A stretch of DNA of 64,000 nt from Nitrospinales bacterium (GCA_046757665.1 JBHHYO010000001.1:49788-113787), one strand, 5' to 3'; shown: positions 47,216 to 59,219, counted from the stretch's first letter. A program made the numbers and translations. The notes: generated by a model from the letters alone, not told the origin.

Positions 47216-47841
47216 ATGCAACTGTCGCCACGCGAAAAAGACAAACTGATGGTTTTTACCGCGGGGTTACTGGCCGAAAGACGCCTGGCCCGCGGGGTGA
47301 AACTGAATTATCCGGAAACGGTGGCCTATATTTCCGCCGCCATACTGGAAGGCGCCCGGGACGGCAAAAGCGTTGCCGAACTCATGAAATTCGGCGCCAC
47401 TTTGTTAAAGGACACCGACGTGATGGAGGGCGTGCCCGAAATGCTCCACGAAGTTCAGGTGGAGGCCACCTTTCCCGATGGGACGAAGCTGGTTACCGTG
47501 CATAACCCCATTCCCACGCCGAGCGGCATGACGCCGGGTGAAACCGCGCCGGTTGATGGCGACATCGAACTCAACCGCGGCCGGACGACCGTGACGCTGA
47601 CGGTAGCCAACACGGGCGACCGGCCGATTCAGGTGGGTTCGCACTACCATTTTTACGAAACCAACACAGCCTTGCAGTTCGACCGCGAAAAAACCCGCGG
47701 CTTCCGGCTCAACATCGCCGCGGGTACGGCAGTGCGCTTCGAGCCGGGGCAAAGTCGCGAAGTCGAATTGGTCGCCTATGCCGGCGACCGCCGCGTGTAC
47801 GGGTTCAACGCCAAGGTGATGGGCAACCTGGAGGACGGGCA

Positions 47842-47845
<4 letters not shown>
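47216..47845 (+). CDS. ureAB: Fused urease gamma/beta subunit
   Basis: [11 protein letters not shown]...[18 protein letters not shown] (gamma) runs without a stop into PGE...[17 protein letters not shown]...GTAVRFEPG (beta). Confidence 0.95.
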
Positions 47846-49539
<1,694 letters not shown>

Positions 49540-49574
49540 AACCTTTTTGGGGCGGCTCCACGCGCCCGGCCTTT

Positions 49575-50033
49575 ATGTTGCAAATCACCGAACGGTTGGA
49601 ACGCTCCGTCCCGCCCGCCGCGTACCTGACACTTACTTATGAACAGAGGCAAAAGAGCCGACTGCGGGTTCGCCTGGACGATGGCCGGGAGGCGGCGATG
49701 ATTCTGCCGCGTGGCGCGCCCTTGCGTCATGGCGATTTGTTGTGCGCGCAAGATGGCCTGGTCATCGAAGTGCGCGCCGCCGGGGAGGAGGTATCGATCG
49801 CATCGGCGTCGAACCCGCCGCTTCTGGCGCGGGCGTGTTATCACCTGGGAAACCGCCATGTCGCCTTGCAAATCGGCGCGGGCTGGTTGCGTTACCGCCG
49901 CGACCACGTTCTCGATGAAATGGTTCGATCCTTGTGCCTTGTCGTAAAACATGAAACCGCGTCTTTTGAACCGGAAAGCGGGGCCTATGGACGGCAACAC
50001 AGCCACACCCATTCTCACGAACATGACGACTGA
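49575..50033 (+). CDS. ureE: Urease accessory Ni-chaperone UreE
   Basis: RQKSRLR, ACYHLGNRH, FEPESGAY, and His-rich tail HSHTHSHEH. Confidence 0.95.
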   Translation: MLQITERLERSVPPAAYLTLTYEQRQKSRLRVRLDDGREAAMILPRGAPLRHGDLLCAQDGLVIEVRAAGEEVSIASASNPPLLARACYHLGNRHVALQIGAGWLRYRRDHVLDEMVRSLCLVVKHETASFEPESGAYGRQHSHTHSHEHDD

Positions 50034-50715
50034 TTCTCCGGACGGCCGCCTCGCGGAAAGTCTCCGCTTAATGCAACTCTCAAGTCCCATGCTACCGGTC
50101 GGCGCCTATGCCTATTCGCAGGGGCTTGAGTATGCCGTCGCCTGCCGATGGGTCGAGGATGAATCTTCCGCCGAGGATTGGATATTCGGATTGATGGGAC
50201 ATACCCTTCTCAAGCTGGACGTGCCGGTCTTGGCGCGAATACACCACGCCTGGCGGTCGAACGATGAGCCGCTTGCGCGTTCCTGGAGCGAATATTTGTA
50301 TGCCGCCCGGGACTCGGCGGAGTTGCAGGCGGAGGATCGGCAAATGGGCCAGGCGCTGGCCCGGCTCTTGGCGGATTTGGGACTGCCGGAGGCGGCTGTC
50401 TGGGCGGCTTGGCCGCGCACCTGTTTTCTTTCCTTGTTTGGGCTGGCGGCGGCGCGCTGGGGAATCGCCCCGGACAAGGCCGCTTGCGGCTATCTGTGGG
50501 CATGGGCCGAAAACCAGGTGACCGCCGCCATCAAACTCGTTCCCCTGGGACAGACGGCCGGACAGAAAATTTTGTCCACTGCCGCCGTTGCCATACCGGA
50601 TGTCGTCCGCTCGGGTCTGGCGCTGGAGGATGGCGAGATCGGTTTTACCGCCCCCATGCACGCAATGGCCGGGGCTCTGCATGAAACCCAATACACGCGC
50701 CTTTTCCGCTCATGA
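50023..50715 (+). CDS. ureF: Urease accessory protein UreF
   Basis: LSSPMLPVGAYAYSQGLE, KLVPLGQTAGQ, HETQYTRLFRS. Confidence 0.95.
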   Translation: MTTDSPDGRLAESLRLMQLSSPMLPVGAYAYSQGLEYAVACRWVEDESSAEDWIFGLMGHTLLKLDVPVLARIHHAWRSNDEPLARSWSEYLYAARDSAELQAEDRQMGQALARLLADLGLPEAAVWAAWPRTCFLSLFGLAAARWGIAPDKAACGYLWAWAENQVTAAIKLVPLGQTAGQKILSTAAVAIPDVVRSGLALEDGEIGFTAPMHAMAGALHETQYTRLFRS

Positions 50716-50742
50716 CAACCGCGTCCTTGGAGGAACCGCGCC

Positions 50743-51357
50743 ATGGCTGACAAACAGGTTTTGCGGATCGGCATCGGCGGGCCGGTGGGTTCGGGCAAAA
50801 CCTCCCTGGTGAATGCCTTGTGCAAACGAATGCGCTCCCGGTACCAGATCGCCGTGGTGACCAACGATATTTATACCCAGGAGGACGCGCAGTTTTTGAT
50901 TCGCAGTCAGGCTCTCGAGCAGGCCCGCATCATCGGCGTGGAGACCGGCGGTTGCCCGCACACGGCCATACGGGAAGACGCCTCGATGAACCTGTCGGCC
51001 ATCGACGAACTCTGCCAACGCTTTCCTGATTTGGACCTGTTGATGGTCGAAAGCGGCGGCGACAATCTCAGCGCCACCTTCAGCCCCGAACTCTCCGATT
51101 TGACCCTCTACGTGATTGACGTGGCCGCGGGAGACAAAATCCCGCGCAAGGGCGGCCCGGCGATCACCCGTTCGGACTTGCTGGTCATAAACAAAACGGA
51201 CCTGGCCCCTTATGTGGGCGCGTCTCTGGAAGTCATGGCGCGGGATGCGCAAAAAATGCGCGGCGACAAGCCCGTTGTGTTCACCAACCTGAAAACCGGC
51301 GAAGGCCTGGAACAAATCGTTGACATCATCAAGTTCCAGGGACTGCTCCCCGACTAA
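50743..51357 (+). CDS. ureG: Urease accessory GTPase UreG
   Basis: [35 protein letters not shown]. Confidence 0.97.
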   Translation: MADKQVLRIGIGGPVGSGKTSLVNALCKRMRSRYQIAVVTNDIYTQEDAQFLIRSQALEQARIIGVETGGCPHTAIREDASMNLSAIDELCQRFPDLDLLMVESGGDNLSATFSPELSDLTLYVIDVAAGDKIPRKGGPAITRSDLLVINKTDLAPYVGASLEVMARDAQKMRGDKPVVFTNLKTGEGLEQIVDIIKFQGLLPD

Positions 51358-51401
51358 ATCTCTTCCCTCCACATTAGCCACAAAAACAGGCAAAGAGCGG
51401 A

Positions 51402-51428
51402 GGCGTTGCAATAATTTTAAGCAACGCC
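51402..51428. promoter_or_regulatory. Palindromic putative enhancer-binding-protein (NtrC-like) site
   Basis: GGCGTTGC-N11-GCAACGCC, with core TGCAATAATTTTAAGCA (51407-51423) resembling the 17-bp NtrC box TGCA-N9-TGCA. Confidence 0.5.
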
Positions 51429-51497
51429 AGGTTCGGCGTTCTGATGGACGCTTAAGTATCTTTTTGTAAATTATGGAGTTATGTATTTCAGACCTTT

Positions 51498-51513
51498 TGG
51501 CATACTTTGTGCT
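51498..51513 (+). promoter_or_regulatory. Sigma54 (-24/-12) promoter of the porin-urtABCDE operon
   Basis: TGGCATACTTTGTGCT has exact GG-N10-GC spacing and ends 56 bp upstream of the porin ATG. Confidence 0.7.
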
Positions 51514-51569
51514 TTCTTGAAGCAATCTTGAATCGACTATTCACCTTCTGAAAACCGGGAGACCTTGGA

Positions 51570-52688
51570 ATGAAACGACCAGTTGTATATGCCCTTGTTC
51601 TAGTGATTGCTCTGTTTATGATACTTCCGCTTTCCGCGTCGGCGCAACCGGGAGTAAAACTGAAAAAGGACGATATCCGGTGGATTTCCCTCGGCGGCGG
51701 TTTGCGGAGTAGCTTCAGCGCTGTCGAGAAGGCGGCGCCGGACGGCACCGATTTTTCAAAAGATTTTAATTTTGAGGATTTCAGGTTATACATCAACGCC
51801 CAGGTTCATAAAGGCATCACTTTCGAGTTCAATACCCAGCAGGCCGACGGAAGCCGGCAGATATTGGATGCCGTCGCCAAGTTTCATTTTTCCCCCTTGT
51901 TTACCGTTTGGGCGGGACGATTTTTGCCTCCCAGCGACCGCGCTCTTCTCGACGGGCCGTTTTTTTTGAACACGTTCGATTTCCCCTTCGTGTCGGCTTA
52001 TCCCAATATCTCCGCCGGTCGTGATAACGGCGTGGCTTTTTGGGGGCTCGCCGGAAAACTCAAATACCAGGTTGGCGCTTTCCAGGGCCGGCAGGGCGGG
52101 GCCAACGTCAAGGACAATCCGTTGTTCACGGCGCGGATGACCTACAACTTCTGGGACCCCGAGCCGGAAATTTATTACAACCAAAGCGCCTATTATGGTG
52201 AAAAAGATATTCTGTCCATCGGTGTGGTTGCAATGTACCAGGACAACGGCGCGGGCACGGCGGAGGTGAACGGCGACTTCACGGGCTGGAACGTCGATTT
52301 CCTGATGGAAAAGAAACTGGGCAATAAAGGCGTCGTGAATCTGGAATTCGCCTATTACGATTATGAACTGGATGACGTGGATGACAGTTCTTTCTCCGGT
52401 TTTTCCCTCACCCAGGGTCAGAGTTATTTCATTCTGGGAAGCTATATGTTTCCCAGTACAGTCGGTTGGGGAAAATTCCAACCCCATGTGCGTTACCAGG
52501 AATTCGACCGCGACAGCACCAATGCGGTGGGTAATCGCGGGATTCGCAGTAAAATTGAGGGAGGGATTAACTACATCATCGACGGTCACAACGCGCGGCT
52601 GGCTCTGATTGCCGGTAGCGAGCGTCCCGGTCCGGGACAAGAAAGAATCAACTCAGTCAAACTGGGCTTACAGCTTCAATTGTTTTAA
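51570..52688 (+). CDS. Outer membrane porin (putative urea/short-chain amide porin, FmdC/OprO-P-like)
   Basis: Signal peptide ending ASA-Q, amphipathic beta strands, WAGRFLPPSDR, GRDNGVAFWG, NYIIDGHNAR, C-terminal Phe. Lies directly upstream of urtA. Confidence 0.8.
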   Translation: MKRPVVYALVLVIALFMILPLSASAQPGVKLKKDDIRWISLGGGLRSSFSAVEKAAPDGTDFSKDFNFEDFRLYINAQVHKGITFEFNTQQADGSRQILDAVAKFHFSPLFTVWAGRFLPPSDRALLDGPFFLNTFDFPFVSAYPNISAGRDNGVAFWGLAGKLKYQVGAFQGRQGGANVKDNPLFTARMTYNFWDPEPEIYYNQSAYYGEKDILSIGVVAMYQDNGAGTAEVNGDFTGWNVDFLMEKKLGNKGVVNLEFAYYDYELDDVDDSSFSGFSLTQGQSYFILGSYMFPSTVGWGKFQPHVRYQEFDRDSTNAVGNRGIRSKIEGGINYIIDGHNARLALIAGSERPGPGQERINSVKLGLQLQLF

Positions 52689-52730
52689 AGCCCGCAAACT
52701 CATATAACGAAGAAGAAGGAGGAGTGCATC

Positions 52731-54041
52731 ATGAAGAGCGGAAGACTTGTTTCACACAAAACCATCGGCTTGTTTTTTGGGTTGTTTGCCGGTTTTGGTT
52801 TGCTTTTATCGTCCATGGCTCATGCCGCGGATACCATCAAGGTGGGCATCCTGCATTCACTTTCCGGCACCATGGCCATCAGTGAAACCTCGTTGAAGGA
52901 CGTGGCGCTGATGACTATCGAGGAGATTAACGCCAAGGGCGGCTTGCTCGGCAAAAAGTTGGAGCCCGTCGTCGTCGACCCCGCCTCGAACTGGCCGCTG
53001 TTTGCGGAAAAAGCGCGCGAACTGCTTGTCAAGCACAAAGTGGCCGTGGTGTTCGGTTGCTGGACCTCGGTGTCGCGCAAATCCGTTCTGCCGGTTTTCG
53101 AGGAATTGAACGGTTTGCTGTTTTATCCGGTGCAATATGAGGGCGAGGAGTCGTCCTACAACGTGTTTTACACCGGCGCCGCGCCCAACCAGCAGGCTAT
53201 TCCCGCTACCGAATACCTGATGAGCGAGGACGGCGGCGGAGCCAAGCGGTTTGTACTGCTTGGCACCGATTACGTTTATCCCAGAACGACGAACAAGATT
53301 CTGCGATACTTCCTGAACTCCAAGGGCATTTCCAACAAGGACATCATGGAAACCTATACGCCGTTCGGGCACAGCGACTATCAAACCATCGTCGCGGACA
53401 TCAAAAAATTTGCCGCCGGCAAACCGACGGCAGTGATCTCCACCATCAACGGCGATTCCAATGTTCCGTTCTACAAGGAACTGGCCAATCAGGGCCTCAA
53501 GGCGGAAGACATTCCCGTAATTGCCTTCTCCGTCGGTGAAGAGGAACTGCGCGGCATCGACACCAAGCCGCTTGTCGGGCATCTTGCGGCATGGAACTAT
53601 TTCATGTCCATGAAAACGCCGCAGAACGCGGCCTTCATAAAAAAATGGCGGGCATACGTCAAGAAAAACAACCTTCCCAGCGGCGACAAGCGTGTCACCA
53701 ACGATCCCATGGAAGCGACCTACATCGGAATCCATATGTGGGCGCAGGCCGTGGCGCAAGCCGGGACAACGGATGTAGACGCCGTCCGCCAGGCAGTCGG
53801 TTTTCAAACCTTCGACGCTCCGTCGGGGTTTTCGATAACCATGGACGCCAAAAATCATCATTTGCACAAGCCCGTCGTGATCGGTGAAATACAGGAAAAC
53901 GGGCAATTCGACGTAGTGTGGAAAACCCCGGGACCCATTCGTGCCCAGGCCTGGAGTCCGTATATCCCCGACAGCGCCAAGAAAGTGGCGGACTGGACTT
54001 ATCCGTGGGTATGCGGCAACTGCATCAAGGCCAAGTTTTAG
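52731..54041 (+). CDS. urtA: Urea ABC transporter substrate-binding protein
   Basis: IKVGILHSLSGTMAISE, FGCWTSVSRKSVLPV, YPVQYEGEE, GTDYVYPRTTN, AAWNYF. Confidence 0.96.
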   Translation: MKSGRLVSHKTIGLFFGLFAGFGLLLSSMAHAADTIKVGILHSLSGTMAISETSLKDVALMTIEEINAKGGLLGKKLEPVVVDPASNWPLFAEKARELLVKHKVAVVFGCWTSVSRKSVLPVFEELNGLLFYPVQYEGEESSYNVFYTGAAPNQQAIPATEYLMSEDGGGAKRFVLLGTDYVYPRTTNKILRYFLNSKGISNKDIMETYTPFGHSDYQTIVADIKKFAAGKPTAVISTINGDSNVPFYKELANQGLKAEDIPVIAFSVGEEELRGIDTKPLVGHLAAWNYFMSMKTPQNAAFIKKWRAYVKKNNLPSGDKRVTNDPMEATYIGIHMWAQAVAQAGTTDVDAVRQAVGFQTFDAPSGFSITMDAKNHHLHKPVVIGEIQENGQFDVVWKTPGPIRAQAWSPYIPDSAKKVADWTYPWVCGNCIKAKF

Positions 54042-54051
54042 TCTTCTGCTC

Positions 54052-54085
54052 GTCCTCTCCGGTCCTTGGGCGGACCGGGGAGGAC
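54052..54085 (+). terminator. GC-rich stem-loop after urtA (mRNA stabiliser or partial terminator)
   Basis: GTCCTCTCCGGTCC-ttgggc-GGACCGGGGAGGAC forms a 14-bp stem with one G-U pair and has no immediate U-tract. Confidence 0.5.
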
Positions 54086-54263
54086 CCTCCTCCCAAGACA
54101 ATCTTTTCCCTTCCTTTGCGGCTCCAGCCTTCCGGTAAATTTGACCTGGGTTGCAAACATACGATAGGATATGGGCTTTTCAAAATAATGCCCTTGTTGT
54201 GCGCGGTATAATCTTCGCTATGTGTTGAACGGTGCTTCTAGTTATTGTACTTCCCATGCCCTT

Positions 54264-55907
54264 ATGCTGAGAGACCGGAAACTTTCATTTGCCGTTTTGC
54301 TGACCCTGTTTTTAAACTTCACCGCATGGATGTTGGCCGGTTCGCCGTCCGCGGCGGGCGAGTTGGAAACGGTCATGCGGGGTTTGGCCGACAAAAGCCG
54401 TACAACGCTGAAGAAGACCGTCATCAAGCTGGGTAAGCTGGGCGATCCGGCCGCACTGCCGGCCCTTGAGGCGCTCCTGAATAAACGGTTGCGCGTGGAT
54501 GGCGCCGGCAGATTGATTATCGTTGACGAAAACGAAACCGCCGGCGCCGATGCCGTCAGCGGCGAACCGGTGCCCATTGGCTCGCTTGAGTTGCGCACTC
54601 CCCGAATCAACAACGCCGTGCGGCGAGCCCTCCGTCCGGCCATTGCCAGGCTGAAACTGAATTCCGGGGACCCGGATGTCCGGCTGGCCGCGGCCGGGCA
54701 ACTAATGAAACGCCCCTCCGCCGGCATCCTGAATCTGGTGCAGGAGGCCCTGGAAAAGGAAACCGATTCAAGAGTCCGGGAAATCCTTTCCCTGGTGGTT
54801 GCGCAAATTCAATTGCAAGGGGATGACCAGGACCGGCAACTCCAGGCGTTGGCGCTGATCGACCAATTCGGCGACAACCGGTTTAAAAACGATCTGGAAA
54901 GGTTTCTGGCGAAAAACGCGGACGGCACTTTTCAGGAAACCAACCCGGACGTTCGCAATGCGGCCGCCAAGGCCATCGCTTCCATCGAACGGCGGCAATT
55001 TTTCAAAAATCAAATCGGCAACCTGTTTTACGGGTTGAGCCTCGGCAGTATCCTGTTGCTGGCCGCGCTGGGCCTGGCGATCACCTTCGGCCTCATGGGC
55101 GTGATCAACATGGCGCACGGCGAAATGCTGATGCTGGGAGCCTATTCGACTTACGTCGTTCAAAACCTGGTCAATGCCTACTTTCCCGAACTGTTCAACT
55201 GGTATCTGGCGGCGGCCATCCCGACGGCGTTTGTCGTCAGCGCCGTGGTGGGCATCGCCCTGGAACGCCTGGTGATCCGCCATCTTTATGGCCGGCCGCT
55301 GGAAACACTGCTGGCAACCTGGGGAATCAGCCTGGTTTTGATCCAGACCGTTCGCCTGATTTTTGGGGCGCAGAACGTCCAGGTTGCCAATCCTCCGTTT
55401 CTTTCCGGCGGCATCGAACTGCTTCAAGGCGTGGTCCTTCCTTATAATCGAATCGTTATTATTATTTTCGTGGTGTGCGTTGTCGGCCTGGTGTCGATGT
55501 TGTTGCTTCGCACCCCGTTGGGCTTGCAGGTGCGCGCGGTGACGCAAAACCGGCCGATGGCCTCCTGCATGGGCATCTCCACGAGTCAGATCGACATGTG
55601 GACGTTCGGGCTGGGCTCCGGAGTTGCCGGACTGGGCGGCGTGGCGCTTTCGCAGATCGGCAATGTCGGGCCGGAATTGGGGCAATTTTATATCGTCGAT
55701 TGCTTCATGGTCGTGGTGCTCGGCGGCGTGGGCAAAATCGCCGGCACGGTGGTCGGAGCCCTGGGCCTGGGCATCGTCAACAAGTTTCTCGAACCCGTGG
55801 CGGGCGCGGTGTTGGGCAAAATCGCCGTCCTGGTTTTTATCATCCTGTTTATCCAAAAGCGCCCACAGGGCATTTTCGCGCTGAAAGGACGCGCGGCGGA
55901 AAACTGA
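54264..55907 (+). CDS. urtB: Urea ABC transporter permease UrtB (long form with N-terminal periplasmic HEAT-like domain)
   Basis: RINNAVR, GLSLGSILLLAALGLAITFGLMGVINMAHGE, RPLETLLATWG, FIQKRPQG. Start at 54264 or GTG 54222. Confidence 0.94.
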   Translation: MLRDRKLSFAVLLTLFLNFTAWMLAGSPSAAGELETVMRGLADKSRTTLKKTVIKLGKLGDPAALPALEALLNKRLRVDGAGRLIIVDENETAGADAVSGEPVPIGSLELRTPRINNAVRRALRPAIARLKLNSGDPDVRLAAAGQLMKRPSAGILNLVQEALEKETDSRVREILSLVVAQIQLQGDDQDRQLQALALIDQFGDNRFKNDLERFLAKNADGTFQETNPDVRNAAAKAIASIERRQFFKNQIGNLFYGLSLGSILLLAALGLAITFGLMGVINMAHGEMLMLGAYSTYVVQNLVNAYFPELFNWYLAAAIPTAFVVSAVVGIALERLVIRHLYGRPLETLLATWGISLVLIQTVRLIFGAQNVQVANPPFLSGGIELLQGVVLPYNRIVIIIFVVCVVGLVSMLLLRTPLGLQVRAVTQNRPMASCMGISTSQIDMWTFGLGSGVAGLGGVALSQIGNVGPELGQFYIVDCFMVVVLGGVGKIAGTVVGALGLGIVNKFLEPVAGAVLGKIAVLVFIILFIQKRPQGIFALKGRAAEN

Positions 55908-55908
55908 C

Positions 55909-57015
55909 ATGATCGGCTCAGCCTCTGGACAAATCATGGAATTGCACTCGCCCCGGACCTGGCGCGGTGTTTGGGCGGCGCTGGCGGCGGCGCTCGTGGT
56001 TGTCCCGTCGCTCAACGCCTTCACCCCGCCGGATTCGTTTTGGCATGTTCCCGATTATATTATTCCTCTGCTCGGAAAGTATTTGTGCTATGCCCTGGTG
56101 GCGCTGGCGGTGGACCTGATTTGGGGCTACACCGGAATTCTCAGCCTGGGCCACGGCGTTTTCTTTGCCCTTGGCGGTTACGTCATGGGCATGTACCTGA
56201 TGTTGAGCATTGGCGGCGAGGGGGTTTACAAAAGTGACCTGCCGGATTTCATGGTGTTTCTCGACTGGAAGGAACTCCCCTGGTACTGGCAGGGGTTTGA
56301 TCATTTCGCGTTCGCCCTTTTCATGGTGCCGGTTGTGCCCGGCCTGCTGGCTTTTGCATTCGGTTTTTTTGCATTTCGTTCACGGATCAAGGGCGTGTAT
56401 TTTGCGATCATCACACAAGCCATGACCTACGCGCTGATGCTGTTGTTTTTCCGCAACGCCACCGGGTTTGGCGGCAACAATGGGTTGACCGACTTCAAAC
56501 GCATTCTGGGATTTTCATTGCAGGAACCGTCCACCAAGCGGGGTTTATACATTGTTACGGTCCTTGTGTTGTTTTTCAGTTATCTGTTGTGCCGGTACAT
56601 CGTCAAGTCCAAGTTGGGCCGGGCGCTCACCGCGATTCGTGACGCCGAGGGCCGCATCATGTTTTGCGGTTACGATCCGTTGAACTATAAACTGTTCGTT
56701 TGGACGTTGTCCGCCGTGCTCTGTGGGGTGGCGGGCGCACTCTACGTGCCGCAGGTGGGCATCATCAATCCCAGCGAAATGCAACCTTCCAATTCCATCG
56801 AAATGGCCATCTGGGTTGCCGTGGGCGGGCGCGGAACGCTGATCGGCGCGCTCGTCGGCGCCGGAATAATCAATAGCGCCAAAAGCTGGTTCACCGTGGC
56901 AATGCCCGATTTCTGGCTGTATTTTCTCGGTTTCCTGTTCATTGGAGTTACGTTGTTCATGCCGCGGGGAATTGTGGGTGTGATTGGACGTTTTTTCAAG
57001 CGGGATGCGTCATGA
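55909..57015 (+). CDS. urtC: Urea ABC transporter permease UrtC
   Basis: GKYLCYA, WGYTGILSLGHG, LPDFM, FRSRIKGVYF, GGNNGLTDFK, WVAVGGRGTL. Confidence 0.95.
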   Translation: MIGSASGQIMELHSPRTWRGVWAALAAALVVVPSLNAFTPPDSFWHVPDYIIPLLGKYLCYALVALAVDLIWGYTGILSLGHGVFFALGGYVMGMYLMLSIGGEGVYKSDLPDFMVFLDWKELPWYWQGFDHFAFALFMVPVVPGLLAFAFGFFAFRSRIKGVYFAIITQAMTYALMLLFFRNATGFGGNNGLTDFKRILGFSLQEPSTKRGLYIVTVLVLFFSYLLCRYIVKSKLGRALTAIRDAEGRIMFCGYDPLNYKLFVWTLSAVLCGVAGALYVPQVGIINPSEMQPSNSIEMAIWVAVGGRGTLIGALVGAGIINSAKSWFTVAMPDFWLYFLGFLFIGVTLFMPRGIVGVIGRFFKRDAS

Positions 57016-57812
57016 CGGAATCAAAAACAAACCTCGCCGAAGTCCATTCGCGGTCGGAAGGAGTCGATACAACTCATAATGTCATCCTCTACGTGGAAAA
57101 TGTGACGGTCAGTTTCGAGGGCCTCAAGGCGCTTGACGGCCTGACCCTGTACGTAGATGACGGCGAACTGCGTTGCATTATCGGACCCAATGGCGCGGGA
57201 AAAACAACCTTGATGGACGTTGTCACCGGCAAGACCCGGCCCGATTCCGGCACGGTGTTTCTGGGGCAAAGCCTGGACCTGACCCAGTTGACGGAATATG
57301 AAATCACTCATGCCGGTGTGGGGCGCAAATTTCAAAAGCCCACCGTCTTTCAAGGCCACACGGTGTTTGAAAACCTGGAACTCGCCCTGCGCGCCGACAA
57401 GACCGTATGGCACACCTTAACCGCCAGGATGGATGCGGCGCAACGCGAGACCATCGAGAGCACTTTGGAAACCATCGGCTTGACGGACAAAATAAATACC
57501 CGCGCCGGATTATTATCTCACGGGCAAAAACAGTGGCTGGAAATCGGCATCCTGCTGGTTCAGGAACCCAAGTTGTTGCTGGTTGATGAACCGGTTGCGG
57601 GAATGTCCCACCAGGAGACCGAACACACCGCCGAGTTGTTGCAATCCCTTGCCGGCCGGCACTCCGTGGTGGTGGTGGAACATGACATGGATTTCGTTCG
57701 TTCCATTGCCCGCAAGGTAACGGTCTTGCACGAAGGGCGCGTGCTGGCTGAAGGCAACATCGATGAGGTGCAAAACAATCCCGAGGTCATCGAAGTCTAT
57801 CTGGGGAGTTGA
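57012..57812 (+). CDS. urtD: Urea ABC transporter ATP-binding protein UrtD
   Basis: IGPNGAGKTT, GRKFQKP, LSHGQKQWLEIG, VVEHDM, EVYLG. Confidence 0.95.
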   Translation: MTESKTNLAEVHSRSEGVDTTHNVILYVENVTVSFEGLKALDGLTLYVDDGELRCIIGPNGAGKTTLMDVVTGKTRPDSGTVFLGQSLDLTQLTEYEITHAGVGRKFQKPTVFQGHTVFENLELALRADKTVWHTLTARMDAAQRETIESTLETIGLTDKINTRAGLLSHGQKQWLEIGILLVQEPKLLLVDEPVAGMSHQETEHTAELLQSLAGRHSVVVVEHDMDFVRSIARKVTVLHEGRVLAEGNIDEVQNNPEVIEVYLGS

Positions 57813-57815
57813 CTC

Positions 57816-58514
57816 GTGCTTGAAATCAGCGGTCTGAACCAATATTACGGAGAAAGCCACACGCTGTGGGATGTGGAATTGTCGGTTCCGAAGGGTTCGT
57901 GCACCTGCCTGATGGGGCGGAACGGCGCGGGCAAAACGACTTTGTTGCGGTCGGTCATGGGGTTACTGCCGATCGCTCCGGGAGGCCGTATTCATTTTGA
58001 GGGAAAGGAATTGGCCGGGCATCCCGTTGAATGGCGCGCCCGGCTGGGCATCGGGTACGTGCCTCAGGGCCGGGAAATCTTTCCCCAGCTTACAGTGGAG
58101 GAGAATCTGCGCGTCGGCCTGCTGGCGCGCGGGAAAGGTGCGCGGAAAATTCCGGAACTGATCTTCGAGCTGTTTCCCGTGCTCAAGGATATGCTGAAGC
58201 GTCGCGGCGGCAACCTTTCCGGCGGCCAGCAACAACAACTGGCCATCGGCCGCGCCCTGGCCGCCAGCCCCAAGCTGTTGATCCTGGACGAACCTACCGA
58301 GGGTATTCAACCCAATATCGTTCATGAAATCGGCGGCATCCTCATTCGCCTCAACCGGGAGCAAGGCCTGCCCCTGTTGCTGGTGGAAACCAAGTTGCCG
58401 TTCGCCCGCCGGGTCGCCCACCGGTTTTGCATCCTCGACAACGGCCGTAGCGTGGCCCACGGCGATATCGGCAGTCTCGATGACGATTTGATCAGCCGGC
58501 ATTTGACGGTTTAG
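57816..58514 (+). CDS. urtE: Urea ABC transporter ATP-binding protein UrtE
   Basis: YYGESHTL, MGRNGAGKT, YVPQGREIFP, LSGGQQQQLAIGRAL, DEPTEGIQP. Confidence 0.95.
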   Translation: MLEISGLNQYYGESHTLWDVELSVPKGSCTCLMGRNGAGKTTLLRSVMGLLPIAPGGRIHFEGKELAGHPVEWRARLGIGYVPQGREIFPQLTVEENLRVGLLARGKGARKIPELIFELFPVLKDMLKRRGGNLSGGQQQQLAIGRALAASPKLLILDEPTEGIQPNIVHEIGGILIRLNREQGLPLLLVETKLPFARRVAHRFCILDNGRSVAHGDIGSLDDDLISRHLTV

Positions 58515-58562
58515 CTTGTTCCGGCGCGACAGCGGCGTGAAAATTTGCGGCGAGACGAAAGT

Positions 58563-59219
58563 TTACAGCGGGCTGGACTCTCCGGGCGGCAGAAAAAGAT
58601 CCGTCATTTCCCTGTAGGCGGCCAATCCCGCGGCGGTCCAGTCGAGAGAGTTGAATGAAGGGGCGCTTACCGGGAAAAAACGGCATAGTTTCAGGTGTTG
58701 AATGGAATTGACGATTTGCCGGATTTCCTCGTCGGGAGTTTGCGCCACGTTTTTGAAATTGTCGTTTGTCCACTCCCATTCCCAAGGGGAGTTGTGGCAG
58801 GCGAAATGGATTTCCCGGGCGGCCGGACTGCGTTTCCCCGCCAGCAGGCGGTCCAGGTAACGGGGCAGTTTTTCGCCTTTGAGAATAAAGGCGAATACCA
58901 GGTAATGCCCCCACCAGAACAGGGTGCGGTAAGTAAACATTTCCGACCGGGAGAATTTTTTTGGTATGTCCAGGGAAAGAAAGGGAAACCCCTTGTGGTT
59001 TTCCCCCTTGACCAACTGGCCCTTGGTTAAATCCGTTCCCGGCGGAAAGGGCATTTGCGAGCGGGCGGTTTCCTCAATGATCGCTTGCTTTAATCGGCCG
59101 AGGTAGTCTTCGGCCTTTTTCATGATGGCCGGTTTTTGCCGGAATACTTCCACCACGTTGATCATTTCGATTTCCCGACTGGACCAAAAGGATGGTGTCG
59201 GGTTTTGCTCAGACATCAT
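58563..59219 (-). CDS. Hypothetical protein
   Basis: Fills the gap after alr and overlaps its stop. Ordered globular sequence (KGENHKGFPFLSLDIPKKFS, YRTLFWWGHY, SPWEW). Confidence 0.7.
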   Translation of the reverse strand: MMSEQNPTPSFWSSREIEMINVVEVFRQKPAIMKKAEDYLGRLKQAIIEETARSQMPFPPGTDLTKGQLVKGENHKGFPFLSLDIPKKFSRSEMFTYRTLFWWGHYLVFAFILKGEKLPRYLDRLLAGKRSPAAREIHFACHNSPWEWEWTNDNFKNVAQTPDEEIRQIVNSIQHLKLCRFFPVSAPSFNSLDWTAAGLAAYREMTDLFLPPGESSPL

